Positions 55,085 to 63,297 of a stretch of DNA of 64,000 nt are shown here, in pieces (position 1 is the first letter of the stretch; each line of letters starts with the position of its first letter). The DNA is taken from contig CAZZPQ010000001.1 of the NCBI GenBank assembly GCA_964655595.1, forward strand, positions 144 to 64,143, read 5' to 3'. The DNA comes from an uncultured bacterium. GTDB lineage: Bacteria > Deinococcota > Deinococci > Deinococcales > Trueperaceae. The position numbers and the translations under genes were made by a program. The notes beneath the pieces are model-generated. The model saw only the letters and a list, made by a program, of their open reading frames with translations. It ran no database searches and was not told the origin of the DNA.

Positions 55085-55355
55085 CCACAACTCCCAGAAT
55101 CGTAGTATATATCCAGACTATCCTAGTCATCCAACCCGTTATGCGCCAAGCGGCTTTATTGCTATAGCCGGTTTGAACCTCGCTTAGAGTGCTTTAGTCT
55201 ATGTTAAGTTGCCTGAACAATGCAAGTCCTGGTGGTTCTGCAGTTTTACAACACGACCTTATTACACCGTAAAATAGATGTTGATACCCATATTTCGCTT
55301 AAAACTCCATACTTGGTCAAGAATCCAAGTATCAGAACTAATCTTACGGTGTACT

Positions 55356-55430
55356 TATACCGAGCCCGATATATTAATTATAGATTTGAAGAGCAGTGCC
55401 CTGCTTCCCACTTGCCCTGCTCGGGATAAA
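55356..55430 (+). repeat. F1 intergenic repeat, short form
   Basis: TATACCGAGCCCGATATATTAATTATAGATTTGAAGAGCAGTGCCCTGCTTCCCACTTGCCCTGCTCGGGATAAA. Confidence 0.8.
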
Positions 55431-55478
55431 ATGTCCTATCTCAACCTACAGCCCAAGAAAGGGAGTCAGGTGCTGGCC

Positions 55479-56228
55479 TTAGCCCAGCTCGCGGCCACCA
55501 TCAACCGGAATAATACAGCCCGTTGAAACCCTTAGGCTGGTTGCCACCGCCAACACCGCAGCTGCCACATCTTCGGCAGTAGCTAAACGCCCCAGCGGCG
55601 TTTTACTTTTTTGCTCCTCCAGAGTACCAGCAGGCATTTTCCTGGCATAGTCTCCCAGAACAAAACCCGGCGATACCGAAACTACCCGAATCTGGGGAGC
55701 CAGAGCCCGGGCCAATGAGCGTGTCACAGAGTCGAGGGCAGCTTTAGAAGCGCAATAGGCCACATTACTGCCTACGCCTGTCCGTCCGGCAATTGAAGAG
55801 ATGTTAATAATCAGTCCCTCAGCCGAACCCATAAGCAGGGATTTAAAAGCACGAACGCTTGCCAAAGCACCCCGCACATTGACCCGAAATATACTGTCGA
55901 CAAGCTCGTCATCCAGCGCGTCAAGGTCATCATGGGGCACTGGGCGGGTAAACCCGGCATTATTGACCAGAATATCCAGCTTGCCATACTGGTCTTTGAC
56001 CCTTGCCGCAAGGGCGGTCAGCGAAGCGCTGTCATCCACGACAGCTCGAGCAAGCATATGCCCTGTACCCGGCAACTCAGTCACTAAACGCTCTGCCTCC
56101 TGCTGACTACTACGGTAGGTCACAACGACCTTTGCACCTGCGTCAGCAAACTGCCGACACATCGCCGAGCCAATGCCCCCAGCCGCCCCCGTAACGACAA
56201 CAATTTTATCTGTTAGTTGCTGCACCAA
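55479..56228 (-). CDS. short-chain dehydrogenase/reductase (SDR)
   Basis: 249 aa with TGAAGGIG, NNAG and the YCASKAA catalytic motif. Confidence 0.9.
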   Translation of the reverse strand: MVQQLTDKIVVVTGAAGGIGSAMCRQFADAGAKVVVTYRSSQQEAERLVTELPGTGHMLARAVVDDSASLTALAARVKDQYGKLDILVNNAGFTRPVPHDDLDALDDELVDSIFRVNVRGALASVRAFKSLLMGSAEGLIINISSIAGRTGVGSNVAYCASKAALDSVTRSLARALAPQIRVVSVSPGFVLGDYARKMPAGTLEEQKSKTPLGRLATAEDVAAAVLAVATSLRVSTGCIIPVDGGRELG

Positions 56229-56259
56229 ATCCTCCTAACTGCCGTATGAACTGAGTGTT

Positions 56260-56375
56260 ATACGGAGCCCGATAAATTGATTATAGATTTGAAAAGCAGT
56301 TCCTCGCTTCCTACTCGCTCTGCTCGGGATAAATCCTTGGGATAAACCCAAGGATTTATCCCAAACTGGTATTAC
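56260..56375 (+). repeat. F1 intergenic repeat, long form
   Basis: Nearly identical to 2106-2220, including the perfect hairpin GGATAAATCCTTGGG-ATAAA-CCCAAGGATTTATCC and the tail AACTGGTATTA. Confidence 0.85.
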
Positions 56376-56550
56376 CTACCATTGTCATGACATTTGCGAA
56401 GTATTAGGGTGAAGCGTAGCGACAACATAAGCTCGACTTGATTACTTTTCATAAGTACCTTTGGCGAAATTGCCCCGCGCCTATGGCGCTCAAAGTGACG
56501 GGATTGCTTCGGCTGTTATGCCAAGACAGCTCGCATTCCATTACCTCCCT

Positions 56551-57852
56551 CTACCTCCCTTTTTCCTTCACCTCCCTGCCCTTATACCGCTCCACTCGCA
56601 GCGTTGCCTGACGTTTATGTCCGGCAAAACCTTCCATTTCACAGATTTTGGCGCAGTTCTCTCCGATAATCACGCTGGCTTCTGGCGTGCACTTCTGATA
56701 CGTCACTGTTTTGAGAAACTTGCCCACCCACAGACCACCCGTATAGCGGGCCGCCCCGCTCGTCGGCAGAATATGATTGGTGCCAATGGTTTTATCACCA
56801 TAAGCGACGTTGGTCTCTTTGCCCAAAAAGAGCGAGCCGTAGTTGGTCAGGTGCTTGAGAAAGTAATCGGGGTCTTCGGTCAGAATTTCCACGTGTTCAC
56901 TGGCGATGCGATCAGCCTCTTGCAACAGCTCCTCATCGGTATCCACCAGAATAATCTGCCCATAGTCACGCCAGGCTTGCCCGGCCACCGCAGCGGTCTC
57001 GAGCGTCTGGAGTTGCTTATCGATTTCCGCCTGAATGCCTTCTGCCAATGCAGCACTGCTGGTGAGTAACACCGCTGGCGAATTCACACCGTGCTCGGCC
57101 TGTCCCAGCAGGTCGGTAGCGACCATTTCAAGGTCAGCACTGTCGTCAGCGATGACCAAAATTTCCGTGGGCCCCGCAAAAAGATCAATCCCCACCCGAC
57201 CGAAAAGCTGGCGCTTGGCTTCAGCAACAAAGGCGTTGCCAGGACCAATCAGCATATCTACAGCTGCGATACTTTCGGTACCCAGCGCCATAGCACCAAT
57301 CGCCTGAATACCGCCCAGTACATAGATTTCATCGGCCCCCGCCAAATGCATCGTCGCCACGGTTGCGGCGTAAGGCTTGCCATCCTTGGGTGGGGTAGCA
57401 GCAATGACACGCCTGACACCAGCCACTTTGGCAGTCGCAACACTCATGATGGCAGACGCCAGCATCGGATAGCGCCCACCAGGAACGTAGCAACCTACAG
57501 CATTGATGGGAATATGCCTGTGACCCAGGATGACCCCGGGCAGGGTTTCCACTTCCAGATCCTGCAAGGTTGCGCGTTGTGCCTTGGCAAAGTTGCGTAC
57601 CTGCTCGAGACTAAAACGAATAGCCGCCAGCTGGTCTTCGGGAACCTCTGCCACGAGTGCGCCGATCTCGGCGGCTGACAATCTGAAACTCTCCGGGCTG
57701 TAATGATCAAAACGTGCCGAAAGTTCGCGCACCAACTGGTCGCCACCCTCTTCGATGCGCTTTAGCGTGTCCTCAACGACCTGCCTCACCTGGCTGTCCA
57801 TATCTTGCTTGACAGTCTGTGCCATACCCGCCTTGATGATGCTTATTGCCAC
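56551..57852 (-). CDS. histidinol dehydrogenase family (HisD-like) NAD-dependent dehydrogenase, probably not biosynthetic HisD
   Basis: I place the start at GTG 57852. AGGAGG lies 7 nt upstream and overlaps the stop of the preceding gene. HisD-like motifs are present ([20 protein letters not shown]). No other his genes are nearby. Confidence 0.85.
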   Translation of the reverse strand: MAISIIKAGMAQTVKQDMDSQVRQVVEDTLKRIEEGGDQLVRELSARFDHYSPESFRLSAAEIGALVAEVPEDQLAAIRFSLEQVRNFAKAQRATLQDLEVETLPGVILGHRHIPINAVGCYVPGGRYPMLASAIMSVATAKVAGVRRVIAATPPKDGKPYAATVATMHLAGADEIYVLGGIQAIGAMALGTESIAAVDMLIGPGNAFVAEAKRQLFGRVGIDLFAGPTEILVIADDSADLEMVATDLLGQAEHGVNSPAVLLTSSAALAEGIQAEIDKQLQTLETAAVAGQAWRDYGQIILVDTDEELLQEADRIASEHVEILTEDPDYFLKHLTNYGSLFLGKETNVAYGDKTIGTNHILPTSGAARYTGGLWVGKFLKTVTYQKCTPEASVIIGENCAKICEMEGFAGHKRQATLRVERYKGREVKEKGR

Positions 57853-57865
57853 AGCGATACCTCCT

Positions 57866-58867
57866 TCAGCTATCGACAAGCTGCATGAGCACTGCCAACT
57901 CATCAAAAAGCATATAGTGCCTGCTTATTTTATTATCTTTAACATGCACCTGACTCAAACCCAGGATTGTCACGGGGCGCTGACTGGCCAGACCATAAAA
58001 ACCATTCACAGCGTGTGTGCCTTTTAAACACCAGCGCACAGCTACGCGAGCGCCATCTGCTTCATTTTCCAGGCTGTAGATATGCTCAAGCGTCATACTG
58101 GCATCAGGAAACTGGGCCATGAGACCTAAATGATAGTTACGGATGCCGATCAGGCTACTGATTTCCTGGTGACCGGGCAAATGCAGGCTCGAGCCCTCAG
58201 CATACACCTCTGCCAGATGGTTAAAATGCCTGCCGTTAAAGACCGCATCAAACATGTTGCAGACCATCGTCTCCGCTGGCGACATGACATTTGGCAAGTC
58301 CGGCACGGTATTAAAAGAGGGTAATTTAGCGCCAGCAGCGCGGGCAATGTCCCAGGGATCAAAGCCCAGTTGCCTGACCAGCGCCATACTATCGCGCACG
58401 AGCCACTCTTCTACGATGCGGTTTTCCTTGACCAGACAATTGGCAATGGCCCAAAACTCAGCCGGCTTGCCTGTGGGCGCTCCCCAGGGACTGTAGCCTG
58501 TATTGCTCGCCGTATTCATAATCAGATGCGAAGTGTGAAAACCAGCGTCATTGTCGCCTGACCAGATCACATCTTCAGCCACCATGCGCCGGTCCGGCAT
58601 GGCAGCCAAAAACGCAACAGAGCCACTGACGACCTCCTCCACCCCTTGCGCCGTACCGTAGCCAGTGTGTACCTTGAGATCAGCCTTGTAGGTTTCACGA
58701 ATGTAGCCCATGTCCGCCTCTTCCCAGATGCGGTAGGTGATTTTGACAATATAATCGACGATGTTCTGGTACTGGGGTTCAAAGCCGTGCAGTGTCTGCC
58801 TGGCCGGAAACCTGCCCAGCCGCTTAAGCTCACTCAGGTTTTGCTCGAGTGAATAGGTAGCGCTCAC
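57866..58867 (-). CDS. tandem NTF2-like / SnoaL-like (ester cyclase-like) domain protein
   Basis: 333 aa with a GTG start sharing one nt with the cupin stop (TAGTG). It has two SnoaL-like halves (IWEE..., [12 protein letters not shown]; FNGRHFNHL...). Confidence 0.6.
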   Translation of the reverse strand: MSATYSLEQNLSELKRLGRFPARQTLHGFEPQYQNIVDYIVKITYRIWEEADMGYIRETYKADLKVHTGYGTAQGVEEVVSGSVAFLAAMPDRRMVAEDVIWSGDNDAGFHTSHLIMNTASNTGYSPWGAPTGKPAEFWAIANCLVKENRIVEEWLVRDSMALVRQLGFDPWDIARAAGAKLPSFNTVPDLPNVMSPAETMVCNMFDAVFNGRHFNHLAEVYAEGSSLHLPGHQEISSLIGIRNYHLGLMAQFPDASMTLEHIYSLENEADGARVAVRWCLKGTHAVNGFYGLASQRPVTILGLSQVHVKDNKISRHYMLFDELAVLMQLVDS

Positions 58868-59469
58868 TAAGCTCCCAGTTTTTCCAGCATTTGCCGCTCG
58901 AGTTCTGCATAGTTCTGTGGCTTGATCATCTTGCCTTTGTCATCGGCATGAAAGCCGTGCTCAGCAGCCTGCCTGATAACCTCGGGGGCCCAGTAAGGGT
59001 CTTTACCTTCAAAGACCTTATGCTGCTCCAAAACTGCAAATATCCAGGCTTCACCTTCCTGACCTGGCAAAACTTCAAAACCCCGCCAAAGCGCAGGAGG
59101 CAAGGAAATCAAATCCCATTGTCCAATAATGGTTTCACCATCCACCTTATCCGCACTTTCCCCCCAGTAAAACCGCCACTGGTGCTCGGTTAAGGGTACG
59201 AACGCCTCGATATAGTCATGGGTATGATAAGCGGGACCGTTACCGGCTGTGGCTTTAACCATACCGATCTGAAAGCCATGCGGCGCTGTAATAGCTGGTT
59301 GATAGTCGGGGTTTTCACTGGCGGTATCACCAATGACCGCGTAGTTAAGCCGCTGATGCCCCGGCAGAATGCTGTCAATAAACATCAGGCTTACCGGATG
59401 CTGCCTGAGTTCATTAAATCGCATTACACGCCCGGTCATTGCTTCCAAATGCTCAGTCTTATCACTCAT
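58867..59469 (-). CDS. cupin-domain protein
   Basis: 200 aa with AGGAGG upstream of the ATG. The cupin metal motif is GNGPAYHTHDYIEAFVPL. Confidence 0.65.
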   Translation of the reverse strand: MSDKTEHLEAMTGRVMRFNELRQHPVSLMFIDSILPGHQRLNYAVIGDTASENPDYQPAITAPHGFQIGMVKATAGNGPAYHTHDYIEAFVPLTEHQWRFYWGESADKVDGETIIGQWDLISLPPALWRGFEVLPGQEGEAWIFAVLEQHKVFEGKDPYWAPEVIRQAAEHGFHADDKGKMIKPQNYAELERQMLEKLGA

Positions 59470-59544
59470 ATTTCCTCCTGATAGCTATTGTATTGCGGCA
59501 TGGCGCCTATCTCTGACGACCCTTTCTATCATCTTTCTATCATT

Positions 59545-59560
59545 ACGAAATCGTTTTCGT
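59545..59560. promoter_or_regulatory. imperfect 16-bp palindrome ACGAAATCGTTTTCGT, candidate LacI/GalR-type operator
   Basis: 14 of 16 positions are self-complementary with a central CG. It lies in the divergent 305-bp control region. Confidence 0.35.
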
Positions 59561-59675
59561 CCTTTCAGTTATACAGCACAAAGGCGACACAATGCAAGTT
59601 CATACATGAATTACGTGAGACTATACAGCAGGGTATTGCAAGAAGCCCTGCTTATAGTGTAGAGTATCGAAGTAT

Positions 59676-59689
59676 CGAAAACGTTTTCG
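59676..59689. promoter_or_regulatory. perfect 14-bp palindrome CGAAAACGTTTTCG, candidate LacI/GalR-type operator
   Basis: It is exactly self-complementary with a central CG and AAAACGTTTT core, as in many LacI-family boxes. It lies 86 nt upstream of the SBP ATG. A third, weaker copy GCAAAACGTTCTCG is at 59734-59747. Confidence 0.5.
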
Positions 59690-59774
59690 CCAGCTTAGCA
59701 GCAAGGTAGTTTCTTTTGTCACACATTCATCCAGCAAAACGTTCTCGGTAAAGATACTTTAGGAGGAACAAGGT

Positions 59775-60989
59775 ATGAAACGAGTTTTGTTAAGCCTGAT
59801 AGCCCTGTTCATGCTGAGTGCCAGTATTGCCTGGGCCCAGTGCAACACGTTAATCACCACACCCGTCAGTTCGCTGTCCAATAGTTTTGAGGCTTGGAAA
59901 GTTGTTACCAGTGCTATGGCAGAATGCGGCAATCTCAGTGCCGAACTCGACGCCGAGTTCAGACTCAAGCAGGTTGCGGCCTTCGCTGCCAATCCGTCCC
60001 AGTATGCCATTGGTGGCGTCTCTAACGCCACACTGGTACCGCTTTTGAATGATGGGCTGGTACGTCCACTCAACGATCTGGTGGAACGCTACGGTCAGCA
60101 ATTAACAGAAAATCAACTCATCATTGTTGACGGGCAAATTGTGGCCATCGCCATGATGGTCAATGCTCAGCACCTGATGTACCGCAGCGATATTCTTGAA
60201 GAGCTGGGGCTGGCAGTTCCTACAAGCTATGAGGAAGTCCTGGCAGCGGCCGAGGTCATTCGGGAAGCGGGCGTGGTTGATTATCCGCTGGGTGGTACCT
60301 TTGGCGCAGGCTGGAACTTGGGCGAAGAGTTCGTCAACATGTATCTGGGCTTTGGGGGCAGCTTTTTCGATGCCGACAACACCGCCACCATCAATAATGA
60401 ACAGGGTATTGCCGCGCTCGAAATGCTCAAGGCATTAAGTCAGTACATGGACCCTGAGTACCTGAGTGCCGACTCAACAGTGGTCCAGCAGCAACTCCAA
60501 CAGGGCAAAATCGCCATAGCTAACCTGTGGGCCTCCAGGGCGGGTGCCATGGATAATCCAGATGAATCTGAGGTAGTCGGACTGATTGACTTTGCGGCTG
60601 CGCCGGCTGCTATGGCGGGAGCTGCGCCAGCCACAACGCTGTGGTGGGACGGTATGGTCATTGCCCAAAATATCAGTGACGCAGAAGCCGAAGCAGCTTT
60701 TCAGTTGATGATGGAAGGTCTGAAACATGAAGTCCTGGCTGCCCATGCCGACGCTGCCATTTGGCTCTCCAACCAACCCATTGAGTCGCGCATTGCCAAA
60801 GGCGCAGTTGCATCGTCCAGAGCAGGTGCGCCTTCCTATCCCTCTTCAAACGCCATTGGCCTCATCCATACGGCTGCCGGCAACAACATCGCCGACTTTT
60901 TAACGGGTAGAAAATCAGCCGAGGCAACCCTGCTTGCCATTGAAGAGGAATACACCATTGCTGCTAAAGAAGCTGGTCTGATTCGCTAA
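59775..60989 (+). CDS. carbohydrate-type ABC transporter substrate-binding protein
   Basis: 404 aa with AGGAGG upstream and a signal peptide MKRVLLSLIALFMLSASIAWA. It has solute-binding family 1 character. Confidence 0.85.
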   Translation: MKRVLLSLIALFMLSASIAWAQCNTLITTPVSSLSNSFEAWKVVTSAMAECGNLSAELDAEFRLKQVAAFAANPSQYAIGGVSNATLVPLLNDGLVRPLNDLVERYGQQLTENQLIIVDGQIVAIAMMVNAQHLMYRSDILEELGLAVPTSYEEVLAAAEVIREAGVVDYPLGGTFGAGWNLGEEFVNMYLGFGGSFFDADNTATINNEQGIAALEMLKALSQYMDPEYLSADSTVVQQQLQQGKIAIANLWASRAGAMDNPDESEVVGLIDFAAAPAAMAGAAPATTLWWDGMVIAQNISDAEAEAAFQLMMEGLKHEVLAAHADAAIWLSNQPIESRIAKGAVASSRAGAPSYPSSNAIGLIHTAAGNNIADFLTGRKSAEATLLAIEEEYTIAAKEAGLIR

Positions 60990-61024
60990 ACACAAATACT
61001 GCCAACAGCCACAGTGTATTTCAG

Positions 61025-61069
61025 CCTGGTATGCCGATTCCGGATAAATCCACCCTCTGGAATCGGCAT
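61025..61069 (+). repeat. intercistronic hairpin containing an F1 end fragment
   Basis: An 11-bp stem ATGCCGATTCC / GGAATCGGCAT (61031-61041 and 61059-61069). TTCCGGATAAATCC (61038-61051) is a 14/14 match to the inverted F1 3' end, preceded by CTGGTAT. Confidence 0.4.
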
Positions 61070-61088
61070 CTAACCTCGAGGTTCTCAC

Positions 61089-62102
61089 ATGAAAACCAAG
61101 ACCTTCCTGTTATTTGTCGGCCCCTCACTCATCATGATGCTGCTTTTTATCGCTGGACCTCTGGCAACTGTCTTTTATCAGAGCTTCCTGCAAACCCAGA
61201 GTGTCTTTGAAACCGTTGAGCAACAGAGATGTGACCCCTTTGGCTGCACCACAGCAAACGTAAGCATTCCAAAGCTTGATGATAGTGGTCGAGCAATTCG
61301 CGAAACCAGATGGGTCGGCTGGGCTAACTACCGCAATATCCTCAACTGGCAGAATGTACAAAAAGCGTTTTCGGCTTCGGGTCAGGGCTTTAGTGAAGTC
61401 AATACCATTGCTTTCTGGAAAGCCCTGCGCTTTACCATTATGTTCACACTTATTACCCTGCCACTGATTATCCTGCTCGGTTTGGTACTCGCTTTTTGCG
61501 TTAACTCCATCATTCAAAGCCTGCGCGGGTCGGTTATTTTTGTCACGCTTCTGCCCTTTGTCATCACGCCAGTGATCGGCGCTTTATCTATCCGCTGGCT
61601 CTTTGTCAGCGACGGTATCTTGGCAGCACAACTCCGGCACTTCACTGGCCCGGGCTTTTCCATGTTTGCGCAGGGCTGGACTATTGAGCTGCTGATGTAC
61701 TTTTACCGCGTCTGGCATGTTGCGCCTTTTGCTTTCGTCATTTTTTATGCCGCCTTGCAAACCCTGGAGGCTGAGCAGGTAGAAGCGGCCCGTATCGATG
61801 GCGCTAATCGCTGGCAGGTGATTCGCAACATCATCCTGCCACACTTAAGTCCACTGATCGTGTTTGTAACCCTGATTCATCTGATGGACGCCTACCGCGT
61901 TTTTGATGAAGTTATCGGCTTTCGCTCAGAGGCTTTTGTCATTTCCTTGCAGTGGCTGACCTATGATTTTCTGATTCCCGATGATACCGGTAACCGCTCG
62001 ATTGGTCGCGCCTCTGCCTCGGCAGTGCTGACAATGATTGGCATTGCCCTGTTACTGATTGCCCCCCTCAGAAATACCTGGAAAGAACAAACTCAGAGGT
62101 AA
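61089..62102 (+). CDS. carbohydrate ABC transporter permease
   Basis: 337 aa with 6 TM helices and the EAA loop EAARIDGANRWQVIRNIILP. Confidence 0.88.
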   Translation: MKTKTFLLFVGPSLIMMLLFIAGPLATVFYQSFLQTQSVFETVEQQRCDPFGCTTANVSIPKLDDSGRAIRETRWVGWANYRNILNWQNVQKAFSASGQGFSEVNTIAFWKALRFTIMFTLITLPLIILLGLVLAFCVNSIIQSLRGSVIFVTLLPFVITPVIGALSIRWLFVSDGILAAQLRHFTGPGFSMFAQGWTIELLMYFYRVWHVAPFAFVIFYAALQTLEAEQVEAARIDGANRWQVIRNIILPHLSPLIVFVTLIHLMDAYRVFDEVIGFRSEAFVISLQWLTYDFLIPDDTGNRSIGRASASAVLTMIGIALLLIAPLRNTWKEQTQR

Positions 62103-62105
62103 GCC

Positions 62106-63242
62106 ATGCAATCCAAACTCTTCAGACTCCCACTCGGCTTGAAACTAACGACCTGGCTGATACTGCTCATCTGGATTATCATTGCTCTTTTTCCCATGTT
62201 GTGGATTGTGGTGATGTCTTTCAAGTTGCCAGTCGATGCCTTTCATCCCAACCCGCTGAATGTCCTCCTGGGACCACGCACCAATGAGGCAGTTGGCGGC
62301 CTGTCGCTTATCAGTATTGCCCTGACGCTTATAACAGCCTATGTCCTGCTGCAGATCTTTGCTAGTAGAGAAAGCCTGCTGGAGCGCATGGCATCGGTGC
62401 GCAGCGGTGTTAGTCCGGCACTGGTGATAGCGTTTTATCTGGGCTTTTTTCTGTTGGCAGCCTTCTCTTTTGTCGTGCTGTTGCCGCTTGTGTCACGCCT
62501 GCTCAGTTCAGCCGTTTCGGGCCTTCCTGTGCTGAACGCTTTGAGCGAGCCCGTTCTGGGCCTGACCACCCAACACTATCAGCGCGTATGGCTGACCGAC
62601 AGGTTCTATCAGTATTTTTTCAATACCCTGCTGGTCACCACAGGTGTCGTAGCCATTTCACTGACCATCGGTACGCTGGCAGCCTATGGGCTGGCGCGTA
62701 CCCGTAATAACTGGGTCTTCTGGATTCTAATAGCAGCACTTGTGTTTCGCGCCCTGCCCCATTCCACCCTGGTATCGGGCTACCTGCCGCTGTTTATCGA
62801 CTGGGGGCTTTATGGCAAGCACATTGCTGTGATCATCGTTCTGGTTGCCATCAATCAACCTTTTACCATCTGGATGCTCAGATCTTTTTTCATGAACATA
62901 CCGCCTGCGCTGGATGAGGCTGCACTGGTCGATGGTTGCAACCGGTTCCAGGCCTTCCGCTATGTGATCATGCCGATAATGTGGCCGGGCGTCATCACCA
63001 CAGGTTTGTTTTCCTTTCTGCTTGCCTACAATGACTATCTGGTGTCTGCTTTGCTACTCGATGGTGATACGCGCACCATGGTTCCAGCCATTATGGCCTA
63101 CTTTAACCGTGAAACCACCTTGACCGATCAGCTCGAGGCCATTGCCGCTGCAGCGTCTATAACCTTCCCCATTTTCATCCTGGTACTGATTTTTCAGAAG
63201 CAGATTGTTTCGGGTCTGACGCAAGGGGCGGTGAAAGGCTAG
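62106..63242 (+). CDS. carbohydrate ABC transporter permease (with an extra ~90-aa insertion after TM1)
   Basis: 378 aa with the EAA loop DEAALVDGCNRFQAFRYVIMP. It is longer than the usual ~280 aa. Confidence 0.85.
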   Translation: MQSKLFRLPLGLKLTTWLILLIWIIIALFPMLWIVVMSFKLPVDAFHPNPLNVLLGPRTNEAVGGLSLISIALTLITAYVLLQIFASRESLLERMASVRSGVSPALVIAFYLGFFLLAAFSFVVLLPLVSRLLSSAVSGLPVLNALSEPVLGLTTQHYQRVWLTDRFYQYFFNTLLVTTGVVAISLTIGTLAAYGLARTRNNWVFWILIAALVFRALPHSTLVSGYLPLFIDWGLYGKHIAVIIVLVAINQPFTIWMLRSFFMNIPPALDEAALVDGCNRFQAFRYVIMPIMWPGVITTGLFSFLLAYNDYLVSALLLDGDTRTMVPAIMAYFNRETTLTDQLEAIAAAASITFPIFILVLIFQKQIVSGLTQGAVKG

Positions 63243-63297
63243 GAACAAGTGCATCCTTGAAACTGTAAGTATGCTCTTTGACCATCAAAGGAACCCA

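Noticed and set aside
55262-55355. Nested inverted repeats next to F1 copy 55356-55430. The outer pair is TACACCGTAA / TTACGGTGTA and the inner pair is ATACTTGG-8 nt-CCAAGTAT (55309-55332).
   Set aside because: There is only one copy in the window, so I cannot call it a repeat family or an operator. It could be a third MITE type or regulatory DNA for the ABC operon. The evidence is too thin.
883-56375. Whether the recurring ~75-115-bp repeats could be a CRISPR array or attC-like cassette sites.
   Set aside because: The copies are kilobases apart and separated by ordinary genes, not by short uniform spacers. No cas genes or integron integrase are present, and the repeat length and structure do not fit CRISPR.
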